Source: a virus. From it: 64,000 bases of DNA. Under the pieces are notes generated by a model. That model ran no database searches. It saw only the letters and a list, made by a program, of their open reading frames with translations, and was not told the DNA's origin. A program made the position numbers and the translations under genes. Shown here one piece after another: positions 17,322-25,693 of the stretch (positions are counted from its first letter, which is position 1; every line of letters begins with the position of its first letter). Location of the stretch: positions 30,041-94,040 of the IMG/VR virus record IMGVR_UViG_3300002301_000012; one strand, given 5' to 3'.

Positions 17322-18547
17322 GTTTCGAGATCAGGCAGGGTCATACGCTCGACTTGCTCCGTGCGATGCCAACCGATAGCGTCCATTGCGTCTGTTCCTC
17401 GCCCCCCTACTGGGGGCTGAGGGATTACAAGATCGAACCTCAGATATGGAACGATCCCGGCAACTGCGAACATCACTTTACGGATGAAGAAATCGCTACT
17501 GAAGTCGGCCGGGGAAATTGGGCGCAGGCGGTTAATGGCCGTGGGGAGGCACAAGGAGATATCGCTGCCTTCCGTGAACCGATCCGAGCGACACAGTCGC
17601 GGGGCTTCTGTGCGTGTGGTGCCTGGCGTGGGCAACTCGGCATGGAGCCGACGCCGGAATTATTCATCGCGCATATTACCGATATCTTCCGCGAAGTACG
17701 CCGGGTGCTCAGACCAGACGGTACGTGCTGGATCAATATTGGTGACTCGTATGCCGCGCATCCTGGACAGCGCAAGACGACGGATAAGGCTGGTCCTAAG
17801 CAGCAGACGAATACAGCGTCTCCCCAGACGCCTTCACGCTGCGTCGATGGCCTTAAAGCCAAGGATCTCGTTGGCATTCCGTGGATGATGGCCTTTGCGC
17901 TTCGTGCCGACGGTTGGTATCTGCGTTCTGAGATCATCTGGCAGAAAATCAATCCCATGCCGGAATCGGTACGTGATCGACCGACAAAGGCGCATGAGCA
18001 AATCTTTCTTTTATCAAAGTCTTCAAAGTATTGGTACGACGCTGATGCGATTAAGGAACGGGCCGGAGACGATACGCACGCTCGATACGCGCGGGGTCGA
18101 TCAGACGACCACAAATGGGCCGATGGTGGACCAGGCAACCAATCCATAGCGAAATCATTCGCGCATATGGCAAACCGCGAACGTGTCCGCGCGGCTGGCG
18201 TGAATCCGAAGTGCGCCGAACCGGGCAGCGGGATCAAGCAGAACTCCAGTTTCAGCGCAGCGGTCAAAGACATCGTTGAATACCGCAACAAGCGCGACGT
18301 ATGGCCGATGGCTTCCATGCCAACACCGGAGGCGCATTTTGCTACCTTCCCGCTGGAGTTGCCGGAAACCTGTATTCTCGCTGGTTGTCCGCCGGATGGT
18401 CTGGTGCTCGATCCGTTTTCCGGGGCCGGAACCACTGGACTCGCCGCACTGAAGCATGGTCGTAGCTTTCTCGGGCTGGAACTCAATCCTGAATACATCG
18501 CCATCGCCCATTCCCGCCTGAACAAAAGGATGCCCCTGTTCGCTTAA
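17318..18547 (+). CDS. N4-cytosine/N6-adenine DNA methyltransferase
   Basis: SSPPYWGLRDY, VRRVLRPDGTCWINIGDSY, HFATFP and LDPFSGAGTT motifs. GGAGG RBS before the GTG. Confidence 0.92.
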   Translation: MSFEIRQGHTLDLLRAMPTDSVHCVCSSPPYWGLRDYKIEPQIWNDPGNCEHHFTDEEIATEVGRGNWAQAVNGRGEAQGDIAAFREPIRATQSRGFCACGAWRGQLGMEPTPELFIAHITDIFREVRRVLRPDGTCWINIGDSYAAHPGQRKTTDKAGPKQQTNTASPQTPSRCVDGLKAKDLVGIPWMMAFALRADGWYLRSEIIWQKINPMPESVRDRPTKAHEQIFLLSKSSKYWYDADAIKERAGDDTHARYARGRSDDHKWADGGPGNQSIAKSFAHMANRERVRAAGVNPKCAEPGSGIKQNSSFSAAVKDIVEYRNKRDVWPMASMPTPEAHFATFPLELPETCILAGCPPDGLVLDPFSGAGTTGLAALKHGRSFLGLELNPEYIAIAHSRLNKRMPLFA

Positions 18548-18641
18548 ACCTATTATGCAGATTTCCAACTTCAAACCCCTCGACAAAAACACCCTACGCG
18601 GCGTGTTATAGCCAGTTAGTTTCCTACTGACTAATCCTGTA

Positions 18642-18671
18642 TAGCGAAGAACAGTGCCTTTCGGTTATGAT
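18642..18671 (+). promoter_or_regulatory. Putative late promoter TAGCGA-N18-TATGAT, 9 nt before the portal ATG
   Basis: The same geometry recurs at 25655, 40352 and 48340. Confidence 0.6.
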
Positions 18672-18680
18672 ACGCACTGA

Positions 18681-21600
18681 ATGGCCAACTTCCAGGTACC
18701 AGAAGGCGCAAAGCGTCTTGGACCGATCAATGCTTTGATCGGAACGCAACCAACACAAGTCGCTGGTGTTTCGCCGTCGTTCTGGTTTTCTCCTCTTCAG
18801 CCTGTAACGCCAACAGCGCCATCCGATTACAAACCTCGCCAGTGGGGCTATCAACCTGGTGCCAACCTCATTTGGCAGCCGAAGTCGGACGAAGGCTACG
18901 GTTACGATCTGCTGCGTCAACTGTCTTTGTCTTGGGATCTTCTTCGCATGGCGCTGGAGATGAAAAAGGACGAAATCGGAGATGTCGAGTTCGAACTTCG
19001 GCTGAAGCGACAGGACAACGAGAAGCAGGCAGACTACAAAAACAGGACGCTGAAAGGCGCGAAAGAACTGCAAGACCTTAAGCAGTTCTGGGCCAAGCCG
19101 GATGGTTTCAATACGTTCCGGCAGTGGCTTCGTATGCTATCCGAAGATCTTCTGGTCTGCGATGCCGTAGCCTGCTATCTTCCGCGCGACAACAAAGGCA
19201 AAGTCGCGATGGTCATGCCGACTGACGGCGCATCGTGGAACAGGCTGCTCACCGATCAGGGAATCACTCCTCGCGATCCAACCAGCGCTGCATACCAACA
19301 GGTTTGTTACGGCTTCCCTGCATGGGATGGTACAACGCAGGACGTCGTGTTCAGTATGCAGAACCCGACAACATACCGGCGCTATGGGTACTCCCGCGTT
19401 GAAAGATGCCTGACAACAGTGGCCTTCGGTATTCGTCGTCAGATGTTCCAGATTGCGGAGTACTGCTATTCATCCGACACTGAGGTACTGACAAGCCGTG
19501 GTTGGCTGAAGTGGCCTGATGTCACCATGGACGATACATTTGCAACGCGGCGCATGGAAAGTGGCGAGTTTGAATGGCAGAAGGCTGAAGGTTACATTCG
19601 GAAACAGTTCAACGGTAATTTGATCCGTTTCAAAAATGTAAGCCTTGACATTTTGGTGACGCCAAACCACAGGATGCTCGTTGGTGACCTGCCCGGCAGA
19701 TACCAGCGCGGTTGTCCTACAGCAAAAGTTCCTCGCATCAAAGAGTGTTTAGTCGAAGCTTCCAATTTGGCTCTTCAGAGAGCGTTGTCAGGCCCGAACA
19801 TTTCGGCGTGGATTCCACAGGTTTCCGAATGGAATGGCGGCGTCCGTATCGAAGACAAGGTGTGGTTGTCTCCGAACAACAAAGAGATAACCGTTCGCAT
19901 GACAGGTGATCAGTACTGTGCCTTCATGGGCATGTACTTGGCAGAGGGATGCGTTGGCGGCAGCGAAAAACCTACACTTGTTCATATCTGCCAGCCAAAA
20001 GACAAAAAAGGAATCCATCAGATTTTCAGTGACATGTTGTCTGAGATCTTTGGTGCAGACGTACACCACGACGGAAAGATGTTTTCATGGTCACGAAAAT
20101 CATTGGCCTTGTACCTTCGGCAATTCGGGCTAGCAAATGAAAAGTTCATACCTGAAGAGATTAAGAACGCGCCCAAAGATCAATTACAGATATTCTGGCG
20201 ATACTACGCATTGGGTGATGGCGAATCGGCGACTGCTATCGGCGAAAAGAAACGTTCTCAGCAGGTATTCACTGTTAGTAAAAAACTGTCTGACGATCTG
20301 ACGGAAGTTGTGCAAAAAATAGGTTTGCGCCCAAATGTCGGTGTTCGCGCTGCGGGCAAAGCCTTTTTCGGTAAACCAGGACTGGGACGTGAAATAAACG
20401 CTAGTGAAGGCTATACGATAACTGCGACCGACCAGCCATGCACAAGAAATTGGGATGTTGAATTTGTCCCTTACGATGGTGAAGTGTTCTGCGTATCGGT
20501 GCCGAACCACACGTTGTATGTTCGGCGCAATGGGAAACATGCGTGGTGCGGGAACACGGCCGGCAATATACCGGAAGCGTTTTTGTTCATGCCTTCGGAC
20601 ATTCCACCGCAGCGACTGAAGGAGTTTCAGGATTACATCGATTCGATCCTAAGCGGTAATCTTGCGGAGCGTCGCAAGATCCGTATGATGCCTGGATTCG
20701 GCGACAGCGGCAAACCGAACATCGTGTTCCCGAAGGAAGCGCTGCTCAAAGATGAACTGGACGTGTGGTTGGCGCAGCTGGTTTGTGCGATTGTCGGCGT
20801 GAGTGCGCAGCCGTTCCTCAAAATGGTGAATCGCGCAAGTTCAGAAGAAGCGAACGACGCAGCCCGCGAAAAGTGGCTGAAGCCTGATGTCGATTTCTTT
20901 TGCGAGTACATTAATACCTGCCTTGAGCGCATGGGAATGGATCAGTACGAAATAGCTGCGAAGGCGCAGCGCGATACCGATCCACTGAAGCAGGCGCAGG
21001 CAGATGCGGCGGTGTGGGGTAAGGTTTACACGCCGAACGAACTTCGCGAGCAGCGCGGAGAAGATCCTGTGGAAGGCAAGAACGCAAACCGGCTCGGTGT
21101 ACTCAGTCCGATGAACGGTTTCATGCCACTCGATCCTGATGATGACGATCTGGCTTTGATGCAGCAAATGAAGGCTACTCCTCCCAAACCTGACGGAAGT
21201 GGTGGAGGTGGAGGTTCGCCGGCACCGAACGGCGGCGGTAGCGGTGGCAGCCCGAAGCCGAAGACTAAACCATCTGCAAAGAAATCGTTGGCAGCAACGT
21301 GGGATCTTGAAAAAGATCACAAGTACGGATGTATCATGGTTCCAATCGATCCAGCGTCCGAAGCCGGTCTTCGCATGAAAGCAATGAGGGATGCAATACC
21401 AGATGCAGACCTGATGGAAGGCAACGGAACCTCGCGCGAGGAAGAACCGCATGTCACTGTGCGATACGGGATCAAGGACGGCGGCGAAGGTCTGCCGGAA
21501 TACCTGACTGGCCTTGCACCATTCACGCTGAAGTTCGGTAAAACAATGGCATTTGCGCCTTCTGAACAGTCTGATGGCGCGGCTCCGCTGGTGGTTCAGG

Positions 21601-23873
21601 TTGATTCGCCTGAGTTGCACGCAGTTAACGCACAGTTGGCACAGGAAGCGACGTTCAAAGAGGCTACATTCGACTACCATCCACACGCGACGCTGGCATA
21701 CGTCGCGCCTGAACGCGCACAGCGGTACGTTGACGACGACTATCTGGACGGCGTGGAATATCCAGTGCGGTCCATTGTGATTACAATGCCAGATGGAAGT
21801 TCGCAGGAAATCATGCTGACAGGCGGATTCGCAGCACCTGCGAAGTTCAGCGGAAGCGCTGCGCTGCGGCCAGCGTCATCGCGCATCAAAAATAAAAATA
21901 AAAAACCGACGAAAGGCGTCACGCCTCCACCGATAGACCTATCGGACAGCACACAGATCGATTCCGGTTATCGCAGCAGTCCAGGTGCAACGCAGTCAAG
22001 TACTGTAGCAGTCGAGGACGGTGGCCAAGTGGAGCCGGGAGGCGTGGACGAAAACAATCCGGCTGAAGATCCACCACGCGCAGATCACAAACCAATGCAG
22101 CGAACGGTCCATGCGTTCTTTAAGGCGCAGGCGGCCGCTGCTTTCGACCGACTTAAGCGGATCGGTGAACTTCACAAGGTCATCAAGGCGTCAGATGATG
22201 GCGATGATCAGGACGATGATGCTGAGCGCATCGGCGAAGCAGAACTGCTGTCCGCTGCGAATGACATAAACTGGCGCGAACTGATACCACAGGTTCTGGC
22301 GCATCTGCAAGAGGCTGGCAACTTCGGTGTTGTGAACGGTCTGCATCGCGCGGCAGTGGCCGGTGTCGGTGAAACGTCGGCTTCCATCGGACCAGCACAA
22401 ACGCTTGCTGCTGAATACGCTAAGGACCGCGCTGCCGAAATGGTCGGCATGAAATGGGTCGACGGCGAACTGGTCGAAAATCCGAACGCAATGTGGGCTA
22501 TCAGCGACACAACGCGAGACCAGTTGCGTGAAATAATCGCGCAGGCACTATCGGAAGAAACGCCGATTGACGTGCTTGCCGAACGTATCCGCGATGCTGG
22601 TTCGTTTTCTGAATCGCGTGCGGAGACTATCGCCAATACTGAGATCGCAACGGCACAGGAGAAAGGCGTTACTGGCTCGTGGAAGGCTACAGGAGCAGTT
22701 GAGAAGGTGCGCTGGTCTCCATCGTCGCTCGGGCCATGTCCGGAGTGTCTGGACAACGTTTTGGCAGGTTCAATACCGTTTGGAGATACTTTCCCCACTG
22801 GTGTATTAGCTCCTCCGAACCATCCGAACTGCTTCGCTGGTGATGCAGTCGTATCGGCCAGCGGAGTTTCGGTAGCGTACAGTCGTTGGTTTGAAGGGGA
22901 AGTCATCATCCTGCGAGTCTCTGGCGCACCAGACATTACCGTCACGCCAAATCACCCGATACTGACGCAACGTGGATGGGTCGCTGCTGGTGATTTGGAA
23001 CTCACGGATAAGGTCTTGCAGTGCGTTGATCCAAATCTGGCTGTCTCCCTGATGAACCCAGACGATAATCACATGGAAACCGGCATCCAGGAGATAGCGC
23101 ACACGCTTGGGATGTCGCACAGCGTGTTGTTCAGTATTGTGCCAACCTCCACCGAAGACTTCCACGGCGATGGAATCGCCAACGGCAAAGTCGATATTGT
23201 AGGCACCGCAGGCGCGCTGTCTTGTGACCAGTCCGATAGAATTCAGCACAGAGAAAACACGCTGCTCTGCGCTCTGCATGAGCGGGGGCTTTTGCTGAAT
23301 AGCGATTGCGTGCATCCGTTTGGTATCTTCGGGGACGATTCTTCCGCGACTGGCAGCATGAGCAGCAGCGGTCTGATGAAGTCGTTGGTCTTTGGTCAGT
23401 TGTCCCATGCGGACAATGGCGGCTTCATGGGTTCCACGGACCATCAAACCAGAACGCTTGAAAGCTTTGATGATCATTGTATGGTGGGTGTCATGCCTTT
23501 TCCCGATAGACAAAGCAGACTCACCAGCCAAGTAGCTTGTGTGCATAGCCATCAATTCGGGCAGCGTGAATTTGCAGTCTCTTCCTTTGCGCATCGGATC
23601 GCCCGGTTGGCGAAGAGAGATTCCAGAACGAATCAAGTTAAGACGAACCATACCGTAACCAAGCTGGTATCGCGCACAAATAGTCTGGAGCGTGTCGCCA
23701 GCCTGATACGCTTTGCAGATGTCGTCAAGTTGTGGAAGAATCGTTTTGCGGGGCATGTGTTTAACCTCAGTACAGATACCGGCACGTATTTTGCTAACAC
23801 TATACTTGCACACAACTGTCGGTGTGCTTTGATTATCACAAAGGTTCGCGGTAAAGAGGAGAAAGCAGCATGA
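18681..23873 (+). CDS. Portal / 2H-phosphoesterase / MuF (gpF-like head morphogenesis) polyprotein containing two inteins
   Basis: Portal motifs in the N-terminal part; HVTV and HATL 2H motifs; MuF motifs SRAETIANTE...CPEC...PPNHPN|CRC; two Hint domains. Confidence 0.9.
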   Translation: MANFQVPEGAKRLGPINALIGTQPTQVAGVSPSFWFSPLQPVTPTAPSDYKPRQWGYQPGANLIWQPKSDEGYGYDLLRQLSLSWDLLRMALEMKKDEIGDVEFELRLKRQDNEKQADYKNRTLKGAKELQDLKQFWAKPDGFNTFRQWLRMLSEDLLVCDAVACYLPRDNKGKVAMVMPTDGASWNRLLTDQGITPRDPTSAAYQQVCYGFPAWDGTTQDVVFSMQNPTTYRRYGYSRVERCLTTVAFGIRRQMFQIAEYCYSSDTEVLTSRGWLKWPDVTMDDTFATRRMESGEFEWQKAEGYIRKQFNGNLIRFKNVSLDILVTPNHRMLVGDLPGRYQRGCPTAKVPRIKECLVEASNLALQRALSGPNISAWIPQVSEWNGGVRIEDKVWLSPNNKEITVRMTGDQYCAFMGMYLAEGCVGGSEKPTLVHICQPKDKKGIHQIFSDMLSEIFGADVHHDGKMFSWSRKSLALYLRQFGLANEKFIPEEIKNAPKDQLQIFWRYYALGDGESATAIGEKKRSQQVFTVSKKLSDDLTEVVQKIGLRPNVGVRAAGKAFFGKPGLGREINASEGYTITATDQPCTRNWDVEFVPYDGEVFCVSVPNHTLYVRRNGKHAWCGNTAGNIPEAFLFMPSDIPPQRLKEFQDYIDSILSGNLAERRKIRMMPGFGDSGKPNIVFPKEALLKDELDVWLAQLVCAIVGVSAQPFLKMVNRASSEEANDAAREKWLKPDVDFFCEYINTCLERMGMDQYEIAAKAQRDTDPLKQAQADAAVWGKVYTPNELREQRGEDPVEGKNANRLGVLSPMNGFMPLDPDDDDLALMQQMKATPPKPDGSGGGGGSPAPNGGGSGGSPKPKTKPSAKKSLAATWDLEKDHKYGCIMVPIDPASEAGLRMKAMRDAIPDADLMEGNGTSREEEPHVTVRYGIKDGGEGLPEYLTGLAPFTLKFGKTMAFAPSEQSDGAAPLVVQVDSPELHAVNAQLAQEATFKEATFDYHPHATLAYVAPERAQRYVDDDYLDGVEYPVRSIVITMPDGSSQEIMLTGGFAAPAKFSGSAALRPASSRIKNKNKKPTKGVTPPPIDLSDSTQIDSGYRSSPGATQSSTVAVEDGGQVEPGGVDENNPAEDPPRADHKPMQRTVHAFFKAQAAAAFDRLKRIGELHKVIKASDDGDDQDDDAERIGEAELLSAANDINWRELIPQVLAHLQEAGNFGVVNGLHRAAVAGVGETSASIGPAQTLAAEYAKDRAAEMVGMKWVDGELVENPNAMWAISDTTRDQLREIIAQALSEETPIDVLAERIRDAGSFSESRAETIANTEIATAQEKGVTGSWKATGAVEKVRWSPSSLGPCPECLDNVLAGSIPFGDTFPTGVLAPPNHPNCFAGDAVVSASGVSVAYSRWFEGEVIILRVSGAPDITVTPNHPILTQRGWVAAGDLELTDKVLQCVDPNLAVSLMNPDDNHMETGIQEIAHTLGMSHSVLFSIVPTSTEDFHGDGIANGKVDIVGTAGALSCDQSDRIQHRENTLLCALHERGLLLNSDCVHPFGIFGDDSSATGSMSSSGLMKSLVFGQLSHADNGGFMGSTDHQTRTLESFDDHCMVGVMPFPDRQSRLTSQVACVHSHQFGQREFAVSSFAHRIARLAKRDSRTNQVKTNHTVTKLVSRTNSLERVASLIRFADVVKLWKNRFAGHVFNLSTDTGTYFANTILAHNCRCALIITKVRGKEEKAA
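19464..20555 (+). mobile_element. Intein 1 (364 aa) with LAGLIDADG homing endonuclease, in the portal domain
   Basis: Y|CYSSDTEVLT...VTPNHRM...FMGMYLAEG...YALGDG...YDGEVFCVSVPNHTLYVRRNGKHAWCGN|T. Confidence 0.93.
21320..21830 (+). other. 2H phosphoesterase domain, Acb1/T4 gp57B-like
   Basis: EEPHVTVRYG (His at 21450) and DYHPHATLAY (His at 21684), flanked by low-complexity linkers. Confidence 0.8.
22806..23756 (-). CDS. Antisense HTH-repeat + DUF559/Vsr-like endonuclease nested in intein 2
   Basis: GAGGT RBS before the ATG at 23756. Two HTH units (Y.AG.S/T...I..R.......I/V...L.RSG...R), then AEQR...Q..G.YNIDF...IAVEVFGGGWH...LLDAGFHVIIVW. Confidence 0.8.
   Translation of the reverse strand: MPRKTILPQLDDICKAYQAGDTLQTICARYQLGYGMVRLNLIRSGISLRQPGDPMRKGRDCKFTLPELMAMHTSYLAGESALSIGKRHDTHHTMIIKAFKRSGLMVRGTHEAAIVRMGQLTKDQRLHQTAAAHAASRGRIVPEDTKRMHAIAIQQKPPLMQSAEQRVFSVLNSIGLVTRQRACGAYNIDFAVGDSIAVEVFGGGWHNTEQHAVRHPKRVRYLLDAGFHVIIVWVHQGDSQIWINALQDLIREFQITSSDPSTLRQYRVIWRDGNVWCARDSQDDDFPFKPTTVRYRNSAGRYDCITSEAVRMVRRS
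22830..23816 (+). mobile_element. Intein 2 (329 aa) in the MuF HPNCRC motif
   Basis: HPN|CFAGDAVV...VTPNHPILTQRGWVAAGDL...FAGHVFNLSTDTGTYFANTILAHN|CRC. Confidence 0.92.
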
Positions 23874-24400
23874 AAACGTTAACTGGACTGACGTGGATCG
23901 TGGTCGGCGCTGTGCTGATCGCGAGTGGATTGTGGATTCCTATTTCAGAAGCTCAAACGCCTGTTGCGCGGCCGTCGATCACAGCGATGGGTCCGATGAT
24001 ACCCGTTCAGATCAAACTTACGGGACTGACGAGCACCGGCTATTCGTGGATTCCACTTAACCACATCGGCAATGGTGTCGGCCAGTTCCAGGTGTCGCAG
24101 AACAATCCGCAGGGAGACGTTTACTTCGGCCAGTCGCAGCGGGATCGCGCAGGAAAGTTGATACTCGGCACAGTGACAGGCGGCTCCAGCCCGCAGGTCA
24201 CGATCAAAGACACAACAGGATTCATCGTCGCTAATGCCTGGGGTGCGAATGCGTCGTCCGTGCTGCAAGCAAACAATACCTATACGCTGGATGCTTTATC
24301 CGGCACATGGCTGCAAGGCGGTTTCACGATTACCTGTTCAGACGGTAACTCCGGTGTCGATTGCGGGAAAATCAACGCAGAGCTTTTCTGGCAGCAGTAA
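23870..24400 (+). CDS. Exported or membrane-anchored beta-rich protein
   Basis: Signal-like N-terminus ending SEA|Q, GAGGAG RBS. Confidence 0.7.
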   Translation: MKTLTGLTWIVVGAVLIASGLWIPISEAQTPVARPSITAMGPMIPVQIKLTGLTSTGYSWIPLNHIGNGVGQFQVSQNNPQGDVYFGQSQRDRAGKLILGTVTGGSSPQVTIKDTTGFIVANAWGANASSVLQANNTYTLDALSGTWLQGGFTITCSDGNSGVDCGKINAELFWQQ

Positions 24401-24419
24401 ACCAAAAGGACACACGAAC

Positions 24420-24833
24420 ATGCGCATCGCAGACATCATCAAAAACACTAATGCATTTAACGCCGCCAAGTTTCAGAAAGAAAATCCAAACCACGATGAC
24501 AAGGGGCAGTTTACAACATCGACTGGTGGATTCGCGTCAAGTGCTAATTTGACAGTGCATGATCCGCGCGGTGGAACCGCTCCTGCTAATTCAGTCGGCC
24601 ATGATGCCAATGCAGCAGGTAATAAATATGATCCGCACATGATGGCAGCTGATCTTCGTGGCCAGGAAATAGGACGTGAAGTCGCTCGTAGCGGCAAGAC
24701 TGGAAATCAAGCGCACAGTGCAATCAGAAGAGAGGCGCGGGCTCATGCTGCTAGTCAACCGCACAACAAGCGTGAGGCTGCGTTTAATCAGGCATTCCGC
24801 AGTGCTGTATCGTCGTACCACGAACATATTTGA
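24420..24833 (+). CDS. Putative internal head protein with NPNHDDKGQFT motif
   Basis: AAGGA RBS. Motif of the NPxHDxxGxF type seen in head-module proteins. Confidence 0.6.
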   Translation: MRIADIIKNTNAFNAAKFQKENPNHDDKGQFTTSTGGFASSANLTVHDPRGGTAPANSVGHDANAAGNKYDPHMMAADLRGQEIGREVARSGKTGNQAHSAIRREARAHAASQPHNKREAAFNQAFRSAVSSYHEHI

Positions 24834-25150
24834 CGCATTCGCAGCGCCAAGCGTTTTGTGCAGCGGTAGCAGCCGCGATTCGCAATACTCCATCTGCAAT
24901 ACAAAGCCTGAAGTGTGTAAAGTGTCAGCGGCAGGATTACGTCGTGGCTGCTGACAAAAAGATCTGCGGATCTACGTTTCTGAAGTCTGGATGGCGTCTG
25001 GGGCCAGTGTGTCCGACATGCATCTCGCGATCCTCTCAAGCAATGCCAGTGTAATGACAGGAGTGCCTAACGGTTCTATTCCGCAGGTACATCCGAGTCC
25101 ATCAGTCATTGCACGTTGATAGCAAGCATTAGAATGATCTGTAATATTAA

Positions 25151-25378
25151 TCACGAGCAGTCGTTCCTTTCCTTCCACATTGCTTCGAGATCAGCCTGCT
25201 GGCGAACGTAATACAGACAATCTGAAACGTGCCGGTGCGATACGTACATACCCATATGGCGGCGTGGTTGGTCGCAAGTAATTGGTCCGCGACAGTCGCC
25301 GCAGCGCACGGTCAGCGCTTCGTTTATCTCTTCGATGGTGAACGTGTTATCTGATGTGACGGTTTCGCGAAGACTCAT
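25151..25378 (-). CDS. Small Zn-binding protein
   Basis: CGDC...H...C. Part of a short inverted operon (24972-25576). Confidence 0.5.
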   Translation of the reverse strand: MSLRETVTSDNTFTIEEINEALTVRCGDCRGPITCDQPRRHMGMYVSHRHVSDCLYYVRQQADLEAMWKERNDCS

Positions 25379-25402
25379 GGCTGAGGCACATCCTTTCGTG
25401 TC

Positions 25403-25576
25403 TTACGCTTGCTGTGGAACGTCCCTGGGGTTGATGCGCCACAATCTGCCGATTTTGAATCCTCGAAGTTTCTTTGTTCGAAGGTGCGTCAGCACTGTCG
25501 ATTCGCTGAGTCCAGTGATGGTGGCCACCTCCTTGGCGCTCAGTAGTCTATGAAGGTCTTTATCTGTTGTAGCCAT
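25403..25576 (-). CDS. Excisionase-family (HTH_17) DNA-binding protein, 57 aa
   Basis: Hand translation LLSAKEVATITGLSESTVLTHLRTKKLRGFKIGRLWRI. Confidence 0.8.
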   Translation of the reverse strand: MATTDKDLHRLLSAKEVATITGLSESTVLTHLRTKKLRGFKIGRLWRINPRDVPQQA

Positions 25577-25693
25577 TTGCACTTATTCATAACACAACAT
25601 TAGCGCAATTCGCCACTCTTCGTTTGTTCATGGCAATAGTGCCGGATCTTGCTGTGGCGAATCGACATAAGCCTTTGCAATGATTACGAACGA

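Noticed and set aside
17473-18525. 350-aa antisense ORF over the methylase
   Set aside because: It has no recognisable motifs or RBS and is a codon-aligned shadow of a GC-rich gene, unlike the motif-bearing antisense ORF in intein 2.
25403-25576. Evidence of an integration module
   Set aside because: An HTH_17 gene alone is insufficient. No integrase, att site or host genes are visible in the window.
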